A DNA stretch of 64,000 nucleotides, taken from sequence record SRR31156797_1193; one strand, given 5' to 3'. The translations under genes were made by a program, and so were the position numbers. The notes under the pieces were generated by a model that was not told where the DNA came from, did not search any database, and saw only the letters and a list, made by a program, of their open reading frames with translations. Shown in pieces: positions 40,619-50,253 of the stretch; within the stretch, counting starts at the first letter, position 1; every line of letters begins with the position of its first letter.

Positions 40619-41536
40619 TCAGAACGTCATATTAATATAATTATTTATGGTTTTGTGCAAAGTATTTTTTATTTTGTTTTTTAAGTGGATAGGAGATAAG
40701 CATTCAATAGCTGCACCGTAGGATAGGATATATTGCTCAATCCAATGACTGTCATATTGCTTGGTCTCGACAATAAAATTATTATTTTCATCTGTGCTGA
40801 TGTCTTTCATTGGGAAATCGTCATACACTTTAAACGCCATTGACTTGTCTATTTTCAGGATAATTGTTTCGTTCTTATCTATATTAACTATTTCGTAGTC
40901 TGCATTTTTCGGAATATTCTGATATGAATTAAATATGATATCAGTTTCCTCAATATTTGTAATACGATTAATCTTAAACACACGGAAATCCTCTTTTTCA
41001 GTGCAAAAAGCATATAGATACCAGCTTATACCTCTGAATTGAAGCTTGATAGGGTGAATAATTCGGTCTGTAGTTTGCCCCTTCAAACTGGAATAAGTGA
41101 TTTTGATAGCTTTACGATTAAGAATGTATTTTTTTAGCTTCTCAAATTTATTTTTGAAATTCGTATTACTTCCCCAGAATGAGAAATCAATATCAATCCA
41201 ATTGGCAGCATTCTCATTAAAGAAACTGGATAATTTACTTAAAGCTGAATTACCTGCATCCACGTCAGTAGCTTTTATCCCCTGTAGTGCAGCGATTATT
41301 TCGCTTTGCTCATCCTTGGTTAGAAGTGTTTTATCAATTTTAAATCCGTCCAGCAGTGAGATGCCACCGCCTTTGCCCTTGTTGGTGTATATTGGGATAC
41401 CACAGGAGGAGAGAACGTCAATATCTCTGTAAATAGTTCTGGTAGAGACTTCAAATTTTTCTGCCAATTCTTTTGCAGTAACTGTAGGCTTATCCAGCAG
41501 TATGTAGACTATTTCAAATAAACGTGCGATTTTCAT
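40619..41536 (-). CDS. YafY-family HTH-WYL transcriptional regulator
   Basis: AKELAEKFEVSTRTIYRDI HTH; SWYLYAFC...FRVFKINRI WYL domain; WCX-like C-terminus. Confidence 0.93.
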   Translation of the reverse strand: MKIARLFEIVYILLDKPTVTAKELAEKFEVSTRTIYRDIDVLSSCGIPIYTNKGKGGGISLLDGFKIDKTLLTKDEQSEIIAALQGIKATDVDAGNSALSKLSSFFNENAANWIDIDFSFWGSNTNFKNKFEKLKKYILNRKAIKITYSSLKGQTTDRIIHPIKLQFRGISWYLYAFCTEKEDFRVFKINRITNIEETDIIFNSYQNIPKNADYEIVNIDKNETIILKIDKSMAFKVYDDFPMKDISTDENNNFIVETKQYDSHWIEQYILSYGAAIECLSPIHLKNKIKNTLHKTINNYINMTF

Positions 41537-41658
41537 ATTCTTTTCCTAATACTTTTAATTCGCATTATAGTATACCATATAAATGGGACAAATGCTTGTC
41601 ATATTATGAATTATAGCCGTTTTGTTACTATTTATACACAATTTATAAAAAATATTGG

Positions 41659-42435
41659 TTAACTTCCTGTGCTGTGATATTTACGCACTCCATATTGCCA
41701 TATCAATAGACATGGAATAATAAAAATAATACTAAATATTGGTGCGATAGCATGTAGTACATTATCCGACCTTCCTAAAATATATAGGAATGGATAGTAT
41801 TGAAAGCATGCAAAGGGTATGACATATGTAAAGAATTTGAGGTAATTTTGACCAAAAACAGAGAGAGGATATGCTCCAAAGGAACGTCCTCCGTCAGTTA
41901 AAACATGCATAAATTCTAAGCCTTCAATTGTGAAGATGCTTAATGCTGCATAAATTATAAATAAACCTGCAAAGTACACTACACCGCCTAACACAATGAA
42001 TATTAGCAGCATTACTTTCTCAAAACTCCATAGAATATCAGATGATGAGAAGACATAAATAATAACTACTAAGCCTTGAATGAGCCTTCCAGCCCTAGCT
42101 ATATTCATTTTCATCCCAAGTATTTGCAGTATCGCATTCCTTGGTCTAGTAAGAACCCTATCAAAATCGCCGGTCTTTATCATTGATGGGAAGCGGTCAA
42201 AGCCACGAAATACAGTTTCAGCAATAGAAAAAGCCATTAATACTGTTGAATAGCATATCAGGACTTCGTTTATTGTAAAGTCATTTACACTACCAAACCT
42301 CATAAATAGAAATTTGATTCCCACAAATACTAATAATGCTTCTGTTAGCTGTCCGGTAAGAGATAACAAAAAAGATGCTTTATATTCAGCTATTGAACGA
42401 ATATGTATTCTAAGATATTTTAAGAATAATTTCAT
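41659..42435 (-). CDS. ABC-2 family exporter permease (DUF990-like)
   Basis: GDFDRVLTRP, YPLSVF, YHSTGS end. Confidence 0.88.
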   Translation of the reverse strand: MKLFLKYLRIHIRSIAEYKASFLLSLTGQLTEALLVFVGIKFLFMRFGSVNDFTINEVLICYSTVLMAFSIAETVFRGFDRFPSMIKTGDFDRVLTRPRNAILQILGMKMNIARAGRLIQGLVVIIYVFSSSDILWSFEKVMLLIFIVLGGVVYFAGLFIIYAALSIFTIEGLEFMHVLTDGGRSFGAYPLSVFGQNYLKFFTYVIPFACFQYYPFLYILGRSDNVLHAIAPIFSIIFIIPCLLIWQYGVRKYHSTGS

Positions 42436-42595
42436 TTATTTCTCCTTGTACAATGCACATAGGTAAGAATACTGTATTACACATATTCGCTAATGTATGT
42501 CTAGTCGTTAGATTTTTGGGTAGAGTAGTGATTAGCTATACCATTACTATGTATTTCATCTCCTAGCTACAGCTTAGCTTTATTTCATTAAGTTC

Positions 42596-43399
42596 TTATC
42601 CACCCTGTACAACAACTCGTGTAATACACCGAGTAAACATGTATCTGCCTATAAATAGTAGTATAATGAGCCAAATAAGCTGTAAGCCCATATAGTAAGG
42701 TAATTGATTTGACTCTATTCCGCCAATATAAATCATAAAGGGAACATTCATTATTGAGGAAAATGGAAGCAACTCGGCAATTTTCCTGAATGTATCTGGC
42801 CAAAATGCCAGCGGAAGTACACTGCCTGCGAGAAAATCAGCAATTACTGCTACATAGATTTTCATCCCATAAGCAGATATTGTATAGAATGATGATGCGT
42901 ATATAATCAGGCTGAATGTAATCAATACACAAACGCCTAGTGCCAGAGATATAATGAATAAAACAAAATGGAGTATATCAGGTGGTAGTCCCAGATTGTA
43001 TGGTTCGGGTAAAAAACTGGCTATGAGTACTACTGGGATAAATCGCAGCACTGCTTTTGATAGTCTTGTGGCAAGAAGCCTTGAGAACCACATTTTGTAT
43101 AAATCAACTGGTCTGGTAAGTTCATATGCAATATTGCCTGATTCAATCAAAATAAACAAATCATTATCCCAAAACCATACAAATACCAGCATAATCAGGC
43201 TCTGCACAAGCCAAATGTATGATGATAGCTGCTCAAATTCCATTGGAATTGAATTAGAATTAGCTTCATAAAATGCCTTGTATAAAAGCAAGTACATAAA
43301 ACCCCAGAAAAATTGAGTAATAACGCCAGCCGCTGCGGCGATTCTATACTGAAAGCCTGCTTTAAACTTAATCTTAAAGAATGTAAGATACTTTCTCAT
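42596..43399 (-). CDS. ABC-2 family exporter permease
   Basis: FQYR, GNIAYELTRP, GSVLPLAFWP, VVQGG end. Confidence 0.88.
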   Translation of the reverse strand: MRKYLTFFKIKFKAGFQYRIAAAAGVITQFFWGFMYLLLYKAFYEANSNSIPMEFEQLSSYIWLVQSLIMLVFVWFWDNDLFILIESGNIAYELTRPVDLYKMWFSRLLATRLSKAVLRFIPVVLIASFLPEPYNLGLPPDILHFVLFIISLALGVCVLITFSLIIYASSFYTISAYGMKIYVAVIADFLAGSVLPLAFWPDTFRKIAELLPFSSIMNVPFMIYIGGIESNQLPYYMGLQLIWLIILLFIGRYMFTRCITRVVVQGG

Positions 43400-44379
43400 A
43401 TTGACATCTTTTTGTACATAGCTGCAATAATCTCATCAATATTTTTTTCTTTTACATACATATCATTTACAGGTAGTTCCTTAGCAGCATTTGCCATGAC
43501 TTCTTGTACAGTTGTTTTATCAGGATTAAAATATATATTGCATCCATCTATTGTCTTTTCGGATTTTATGGTATCAGGAATATTTATACAGTGTACATCA
43601 TTATCTAAGCTTACATGAATACAGCGTGTATCAGAGTATCTGCGTTTTAATTCTTCCAGCTTTCCATCATAGAGGAGATTACCTCTTCCAATGACCATAA
43701 CTCTGCTGCAAAGTGCCTCAATGTCATGCATATCATGAGTTGTTAAAATCATTGTTACACCTTTTTGCTTATTTTCCTCTAGGAGAAACTTCCTGAGAGC
43801 AAGCTTTGATACTGCATCCAGACCAATTGTAGGTTCATCCAGAAATAATAACTTTGGCTCATGAAGAACTGACGCAGCTATTTCGCATCTCATACGCTGC
43901 CCTAATGAAAGCTGACGAACTGGAGTCTTTAAATAATCCCCTATATCCAATGTGTCAATTAATTGTTCCAGTCTTTTCTTATATTTAGTATCATCAATAC
44001 GATATATATCCTTTAGCAAATCAAAGCTGTCATCTACTGCTACGTCCCACCATAGCTGTGACCTCTGACCGAATACAACTCCTATATCGGCAACATGCTT
44101 TATACGCTCTTTCCATGGCGTTCTACCAAGTATTGTACATTCACCTTCATCTGGTGTCAGGATACCGCACATTATCTTTATTGTTGTTGATTTGCCTGCA
44201 CCATTTGGACCTATATATCCTATCAATTCTCCTTTATTGATTTCTAAGGATAGGGCTTTTAGTGCATGTATTTCTTTTTTGTTTCTCTTTACCAACGACT
44301 TGATTCCAGCATGTTTACCATTTAACTTTTCTCGTACAATAAATGTTTTTGAAATGTTGTTTAATGAAATTTGCGGCAT
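43396..44379 (-). CDS. ABC exporter ATP-binding protein
   Basis: GPNGAGKST, FGQRSQLWWD, LSLGQRMR, LDEPT. Confidence 0.93.
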   Translation of the reverse strand: MPQISLNNISKTFIVREKLNGKHAGIKSLVKRNKKEIHALKALSLEINKGELIGYIGPNGAGKSTTIKIMCGILTPDEGECTILGRTPWKERIKHVADIGVVFGQRSQLWWDVAVDDSFDLLKDIYRIDDTKYKKRLEQLIDTLDIGDYLKTPVRQLSLGQRMRCEIAASVLHEPKLLFLDEPTIGLDAVSKLALRKFLLEENKQKGVTMILTTHDMHDIEALCSRVMVIGRGNLLYDGKLEELKRRYSDTRCIHVSLDNDVHCINIPDTIKSEKTIDGCNIYFNPDKTTVQEVMANAAKELPVNDMYVKEKNIDEIIAAMYKKMSI

Positions 44380-44404
44380 AATTCACCTCTTTTGCAGGGT
44401 CACT

Positions 44405-44433
44405 ATTATACTTGCGTCATTTTTGTTTGTCAA
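44405..44433 (-). promoter_or_regulatory. consensus sigma-A promoter of the ABC operon
   Basis: TTGACA-17 nt-TATAAT on the minus strand. Confidence 0.8.
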
Positions 44434-44464
44434 TACTTGTCTTAAGCGAAATATTTGCGCATAA

Positions 44465-44492
44465 AAAATATGGGGGCATTTCACCCCCATAT
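44465..44492 (-). terminator. terminator after the SASP gene
   Basis: TATGGGGG-CATTTCA-CCCCCATA-type hairpin with adjacent A run. Confidence 0.7.
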
Positions 44493-44519
44493 TATATCCT
44501 TATTACTAATTACCCGTAA

Positions 44520-44723
44520 TTAGTAAGATGATTTTCCACTCATGCTGTTTTCTGCTTGTTGGATCATACGTTTAACCATTTCACCACCGATTGAACCAGC
44601 TTGACGTGATGTCAGGTCACCGTTGTAACCTTGTTGGAATTTAACACCTAGTTCATTAGCGATTTCATATTTCATGTTGTCTAATGCTCCGCGTGCTTCT
44701 GGTACTAGCTTACTATTTGCCAT
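44520..44723 (-). CDS. alpha/beta-type small acid-soluble spore protein
   Basis: LVPEAR, KYEIANELGV, GDLTSRQAGSIGGEMVKRMI; GGAGGTG RBS. Confidence 0.95.
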   Translation of the reverse strand: MANSKLVPEARGALDNMKYEIANELGVKFQQGYNGDLTSRQAGSIGGEMVKRMIQQAENSMSGKSSY

Positions 44724-44850
44724 CGTGTTTCACCTCCGAGTTATTTTATTATGAGATTTTACATTTAGTTTTGTAATCTCATTAATTATTCTATCTAATA
44801 ACTCATAATAAAACCGTGGTAATTCTTAATAATTAATGAAAAATATGAAA

Positions 44851-45081
44851 CTACATTCCAGAAACCATCTTGTATGTTATTTCTAAAATTTTGTTTGCTT
44901 TTTTCTGTAGTGGTATGCCATTTTCGCAGTTTTCATTTCCGCATATTACAGTTATGAATTCATTAACTGAACATTTTCCATTTCTAACTAAATCATCATA
45001 CATAATTGATAATATTATGTTTTCCATATCATCAGTTATATTTTCATCTAGTTTTTTTATTTGACTTTTTATCCAACACAT
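44851..45081 (-). CDS. small hypothetical protein
   Basis: AAAGGG RBS; follows the methyltransferase on the same strand. Confidence 0.5.
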   Translation of the reverse strand: MCWIKSQIKKLDENITDDMENIILSIMYDDLVRNGKCSVNEFITVICGNENCENGIPLQKKANKILEITYKMVSGM

Positions 45082-45121
45082 AATATACCCTTTCTTTTTA
45101 CTTTTTATTTATAATAAAAAA

Positions 45122-45856
45122 TCATTTTTTTTCACACATCAGCATTATTGTATATGACATGCCTTTATCTTCAATAGGCCAGGCAAATACTCTGCTGAAG
45201 TAATAGAGGTCCTCAATTCCCTTTGTCATCTTTTTTGCATAGTAGCTATCTTTTTTCAGGTCTCTTAATGCTCTTGTCTCATTCCTGTACAAAGATGCTG
45301 ACGTGGGTTGATAAAGTTTCCTGAATACTTTGAATCCTGCTTTTATTACAAGTTCCACTAATTGTTCTTCTGTGAATGAATGCTTGTGGTACTCATTCAC
45401 AGATTGTCCCATCTCATCTTTCTTCTCCATTTTCCCATTTGGTACTGAAAGAAACAGTAATCCATTACGCCTAAGCATAGAATATATATTATTAAGAAAT
45501 ACCGTAGGGGTTGCCACATGTTCAAGGGTCTCAAAACAGACTACAGCATCTACAGGTTTATCCATAGGCAGACTTTTGGCAAAGTCTTCTCTGTTGACAT
45601 TGCACTTAATGTAAGTGGCATTATTAATTTTTATTTTTGAGGGTGTAAATTGATCGACTGCATAGACATTTTCTACATATTTGGCTAATTCCATGCTACC
45701 GTAACCGCTGCCGCATGCTACATCAATTGCAGTCTTTGCTCGCCTTTTTCTTAGTTGTTCACTGGCATATATGTATCTGGCGAGATGTTCACATCGTATA
45801 AATATGGATATCTCGGAGTTATTAATGTCAATGAATTCAAAATCATCACCTTGCAT
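45122..45856 (-). CDS. class I SAM-dependent methyltransferase
   Basis: EHLARY, DVACGSGYG, CFETLEHV, LSVPN. Confidence 0.88.
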   Translation of the reverse strand: MQGDDFEFIDINNSEISIFIRCEHLARYIYASEQLRKRRAKTAIDVACGSGYGSMELAKYVENVYAVDQFTPSKIKINNATYIKCNVNREDFAKSLPMDKPVDAVVCFETLEHVATPTVFLNNIYSMLRRNGLLFLSVPNGKMEKKDEMGQSVNEYHKHSFTEEQLVELVIKAGFKVFRKLYQPTSASLYRNETRALRDLKKDSYYAKKMTKGIEDLYYFSRVFAWPIEDKGMSYTIMLMCEKK

Positions 45857-46069
45857 TTATTGTTTTGGCTTTCTCTTTAATGGCTTAACAGTTCCGTCAG
45901 TCTCTTTGATTGCTACATTATCTAATATAGATGAAAGATTTGTTCTGAAAGACTTGACGTATTCCTGACGAAGCTCCTGCTGTTCTTTAGCTTCTTCATT
46001 TGTTAGCCCAACTGATTTTGATTTTTTGCTCAACTCATTAATTCTGGCGATTTGCTCATCGGTGACCAT
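45857..46069 (-). CDS. DUF896/YnzC family protein
   Basis: IARINELSKKSKSVGLTNEEAKEQQELRQEY. Confidence 0.9.
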   Translation of the reverse strand: MVTDEQIARINELSKKSKSVGLTNEEAKEQQELRQEYVKSFRTNLSSILDNVAIKETDGTVKPLKRKPKQ

Positions 46070-46413
46070 ATCATTCCCCCAACATTTAACTAAAAATAAC
46101 CAACACGGTATTTAGTTACCCATATACTAGTATATAAAAACAGAAAATTCTCATCAAGTATTTCCCCGTCTTCGTAGCATTACTATACTAAGTAGTTAGG
46201 ACTTTGTCAATATGGATATTGGGGTTTCGACAATATCAATCATAATGATAAAAAAATGGTCACGTTTTGGTGGTATAAAATGCTAAAAAATGGAATATAC
46301 TAACTTGCTTTAAATAAGCATTAAAGAAACATTATTAAAAAAACACAATAATTGATTTAAAATCATCTAGTATTTCATATTATTATTAAACAAATTTAAC
46401 ATAAAAATAACAT

Positions 46414-46584
46414 CTACAAGCTGATGATTAGAATTCCTAAGGTTATTAGTAATAATCCCAGAATGGCAAACCAGAACTTAACAGGCACAAAAATAATAAG
46501 TAATATAACTCCAATTGCTATAAAACCATATCCAATCCACTTGAGCTTTGGATGGCAGAAGAGTCTCTTTAGCCAACATAACAT
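46414..46584 (-). CDS. small two-TM membrane protein (56 aa, not in the ORF track)
   Basis: GGGGTGA RBS; MLCWLKRLFCHPKLKWIGYGFIAIGVILLIIFVPVKFWFAILGLLLITLGILIISL*. Confidence 0.7.
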   Translation of the reverse strand: MLCWLKRLFCHPKLKWIGYGFIAIGVILLIIFVPVKFWFAILGLLLITLGILIISL

Positions 46585-46647
46585 AAAATCACCCCACTCT
46601 ACAATATACGTAAAGCAAGGTGAAAATGATACATTAAATTATGGTAT

Positions 46648-48267
46648 TTACAATGAATTTTCTTCGCTGGAAACATAACATTCCAACAAATATACTCCAT
46701 CATATTCCAACATGTCAGCAATTGCTTTCTCTGCTTCGGTCAGATTATATATCTTCTGTGAAGGAATACCATAAGCTCCAGCTATTGCTGATACATCTAT
46801 TACGTCTTTGCCTAGATCTATTCCAGAATAACGTTTTTTAAATGCATTTTTCTGCGCTTCACGCACCATGCCCAGCTTATTGTTTTTCATAACTACAACT
46901 TTTATATTAATACCGTATTGTACAGCTGTTGCCAGCTCAGCCATTGCCATCTGGAATGCTCCGTCTCCTACAACAGCAACAACCTGCTTATCGGGGTTTG
47001 CTACTTTTGCACCTATTGCAGCGGGTATCGCATAACCCATTGTTCCCATGCCGCCGGATGTAAGGAATCTGCCGCCTCTCATAATCACATTATTTGATGA
47101 CCAGATTTGATTTTGACCAACATCAGCACAGTAGATGCTGTCATCATTCATCATTATGCTCATCATGCGTACAAAAGCTTTTGGGTTGAGAAGTTCTTTT
47201 CTTTCATCAAAGTCAAACTTATATTTAGCTTTTTCTTTGTTAAGAGTGTTTATCCATTCGCTATGTTCCTTTTCGAAGTCTTTTTCCATTAGCTGCCTAA
47301 CAGCATATTTCAAATCACCGATAACTGGAATGTTCGCAATAACATTCTTATCAATTTCTGCAGGGTCGATATCAAAATGGATAATGGTTATATCTTTGCT
47401 GAAATTCTTTGGCTTAACAAATGCCCTGTTGCCTACTCGTGCACCAAAAATAATGACTGCATCACATTTCCTTATTGCAAAATTTGCATAAGGTTTGCCG
47501 TGTGAGCCTAACATCCCGAAATAATTCTTGTGCAGTGTTGGGAATGTACCAATACCCATCATTGTAGATATTGCTGGTATATCGAATTTTTCACTGAATG
47601 CTACAATATCATCTCTGCATTCAGACAGGTGAACACCGCCGCCTACGCAGATAAGCGGACGTGTACTCTTTTTGATAGCATCTATTGCTTCCTGCAAGAC
47701 AGCCGGATCGGCTTCTTTTGGTACATAGTATCCTCTGACATGCTGGATGACAGAATCAGGTACATTGATTTCCTCCATCTGAACATCCATCGGAATGTCA
47801 ATTAGTACCGGTCCTTTACGACCTGTAGATGCAAGATAATATGCATCTTCCAGCACCTGAGGTATATCCTCAGATTTCATTACCATATAGCTGTGCTTAA
47901 CAAAAGGCTGTGTACAGCCGAATACGTCAGCTTCCTGAAAGCTGTCAGTACCTATTAAATCTCTTTTTACCTGACCTGTTATGGCAATAAGCGGAATAGA
48001 ATCTGTGTATGCTGTAGCAAGAGCCGTAATCAGGTTGGTAGCTCCCGGTCCTGATGTAGTCATACAGGCACCTACTTTACCGCTTATTCTGGAATATCCA
48101 TTGGCTGCATGACCTGCATTCTGTTCATGACGAACTAAAATGTGATCGATTTGGGAGTCATATATACTGTCGTATACGGGACAGATTGCAAGTCCAGGGT
48201 ATCCGAATATCTGCTTAACTCCCTTGTCTTCAAAAAATTTAATTATATACTGTGCTACTGTTGGCAT
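46648..48267 (-). CDS. ilvB: second acetolactate synthase large subunit (ThDP enzyme)
   Basis: FGYPG, RHEQNAGHAA, TSGPGATN, DVGQNQIW, GDGAF, LGMVRE. Confidence 0.85.
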   Translation of the reverse strand: MPTVAQYIIKFFEDKGVKQIFGYPGLAICPVYDSIYDSQIDHILVRHEQNAGHAANGYSRISGKVGACMTTSGPGATNLITALATAYTDSIPLIAITGQVKRDLIGTDSFQEADVFGCTQPFVKHSYMVMKSEDIPQVLEDAYYLASTGRKGPVLIDIPMDVQMEEINVPDSVIQHVRGYYVPKEADPAVLQEAIDAIKKSTRPLICVGGGVHLSECRDDIVAFSEKFDIPAISTMMGIGTFPTLHKNYFGMLGSHGKPYANFAIRKCDAVIIFGARVGNRAFVKPKNFSKDITIIHFDIDPAEIDKNVIANIPVIGDLKYAVRQLMEKDFEKEHSEWINTLNKEKAKYKFDFDERKELLNPKAFVRMMSIMMNDDSIYCADVGQNQIWSSNNVIMRGGRFLTSGGMGTMGYAIPAAIGAKVANPDKQVVAVVGDGAFQMAMAELATAVQYGINIKVVVMKNNKLGMVREAQKNAFKKRYSGIDLGKDVIDVSAIAGAYGIPSQKIYNLTEAEKAIADMLEYDGVYLLECYVSSEENSL

Positions 48268-48276
48268 ATATTACTC

Positions 48277-48795
48277 CTAATTCTTATTTATTTCTAATTG
48301 CATTATTGTTACTGATCTAATTTTACCAAACTTTTTACCAATATTTCTTAGTTCACCACATGTTATAAAATTCAGCTTCTTGTGAAAGTTAATGCTATTA
48401 ATATTCTCTGAATCTACCCAAGCGGTTATAACATTAATCTTTGAAGATTTGGTATGATTTATAATAGCGTCCATTAGCTTTTTACCGATACCTAATCCAA
48501 GAAATTTCGAATTAACATATACAGAATTTTCTGCTACATGCTGATATCCCTGCCTGCCTCGAAATACGGAAAGTGATGAGTAGCCAACAATATTGCCACT
48601 ATAATCCTTGGCAACAAAAATGGGGTGATACTCCATATTGTGAGCATCATACCATTTATAAGCAGCTTCTAGTGACCTATCATCCCATGACCAGTGTGCA
48701 CTTGATGTCCTGATATAGTGGTTGACGATATCATTTATTTGAGGGATATCTTCTCTAGTAGCATAGACAATATTAAAACCATTATTCACTTTCAT
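48277..48795 (-). CDS. GNAT N-acetyltransferase (Pat/YncA-like)
   Basis: ENSVYV, GLGIGKKL, NINSINFHKKLNF, GKKFG. Confidence 0.85.
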   Translation of the reverse strand: MKVNNGFNIVYATREDIPQINDIVNHYIRTSSAHWSWDDRSLEAAYKWYDAHNMEYHPIFVAKDYSGNIVGYSSLSVFRGRQGYQHVAENSVYVNSKFLGLGIGKKLMDAIINHTKSSKINVITAWVDSENINSINFHKKLNFITCGELRNIGKKFGKIRSVTIMQLEINKN

Positions 48796-48984
48796 ATAGT
48801 CCCCAAAATATATTTCCAAATAGTATAACACAATTCATTAGGATTTTGCACATCTTTATATGTATTTTTTATTAATTTAACTTGTTGAAGTTTATCGTGA
48901 TAATGAGTATATTCTATTTAATAATATTAAGCACAGAAAAAGCACACCTATTAGATGTGCTTCTTGATAGTTGTTACTTTTGCC

Positions 48985-49212
48985 TTATGCGCCTTTGATA
49001 GCTCCGAATATCAGCAGGAATACACCTGCAGCACCTACAACTGCTGCAGCCCATAAGCATACCTTTGCAGCTGTCTCGTCGCTCATATTCTTGTTTAGTT
49101 TCATTTTAACCAGTTTTAGCAGCCCTGGTGTCTTTTTTATACCTCCGAAGTAACCAACACTTGCCGTGTAGATTAAGCATGCTAATCCGCCTAATAGATA
49201 ACCTGTTCCCAT
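48985..49212 (-). CDS. small membrane protein at the end of the ABC operon
   Basis: AAGGAGG RBS; two hydrophobic helices. Confidence 0.75.
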   Translation of the reverse strand: MGTGYLLGGLACLIYTASVGYFGGIKKTPGLLKLVKMKLNKNMSDETAAKVCLWAAAVVGAAGVFLLIFGAIKGA

Positions 49213-49243
49213 AATAAACCTCCTTCATTGTTATAATAATTGA

Positions 49244-50245
49244 TTAACTCAAACCTTTACGTATCTTAGGCATAGCGATGAAATATACAATCATTGAAAG
49301 AGCAAACACCATGCCAGCACATAGAAGAACCGATGGCCAGTCAGCCGTATTTGATAGTATCATATCGTTTGCCTTGTATGCCCAGTAGAATGGACTCCAG
49401 TACATTGTCCACTGCCAATTGTCAGCCAGCAGATGGTATCCGACGATTGAGCCAGCTACAGGTAAGAACAGCATCTTAACTCCCGATGCGGCTTCTATTA
49501 CGTCTTCACTTGATATGCCCTGCAGGAATCCTACCAATATACTAAGTATCAAGGAAGTAAATCCTACAAGCAATATCATAAGCCAATTAACATCTGTAAA
49601 GCCAGTTATAATTAATGCTAATACAATACCAATCAGGGCCGATATCCCTCCCAACATTGATTTGCCCAGTATAAATCCTGTCTGTGAAATAGGTGTTACA
49701 TTAATAGCATTAACCGTATTGCTTGCTTTCTCCTCTACAATGCTTAGAGCTATAAGCATACCTGATAATATAACTACCATTGATATCAGCATCAGTGTAA
49801 GCATCTTTTTGACCGGCGGAATAGTCTTGCCGAAACTCATAAGTTCTGCTGTAGTTTCTTCATTTGAATAGTCCAGTTCGTAGAACGCATTAAGCATTGT
49901 AGCATAGCCTTCAGTCATCTCTGACTCATTGCCCTGCAGGACTATTTCATACTTATCTCCTACAGGTACAATACCAGCTATTTCGTCTCTCTTCAGCACA
50001 CGATTCTCTAATGCTTCTATATCTTCAAACAACTCAACTTTTGCATAGTCTTTTATGAAGTCAATATGCTCTTGATTGTCTGTTTCAAGCATTGCCAGAT
50101 TGATAGTTGTATCATTTAGTCCAGGTGCAAACAGAGCTATAAGCACTGCCAGTATGGCAGGCATAATTAATATATATAGTGCTAATGCATCTCTTGTAGA
50201 GGAGATAGTATCTCTAACAAATGTATAAAATATTCTTTTCATCAT
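49244..50245 (-). CDS. ABC exporter permease
   Basis: IVEEK, VTPIS, multi-TM, SPFYW. Confidence 0.85.
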   Translation of the reverse strand: MMKRIFYTFVRDTISSTRDALALYILIMPAILAVLIALFAPGLNDTTINLAMLETDNQEHIDFIKDYAKVELFEDIEALENRVLKRDEIAGIVPVGDKYEIVLQGNESEMTEGYATMLNAFYELDYSNEETTAELMSFGKTIPPVKKMLTLMLISMVVILSGMLIALSIVEEKASNTVNAINVTPISQTGFILGKSMLGGISALIGIVLALIITGFTDVNWLMILLVGFTSLILSILVGFLQGISSEDVIEAASGVKMLFLPVAGSIVGYHLLADNWQWTMYWSPFYWAYKANDMILSNTADWPSVLLCAGMVFALSMIVYFIAMPKIRKGLS

Positions 50246-50253
50246 TGTACCTC

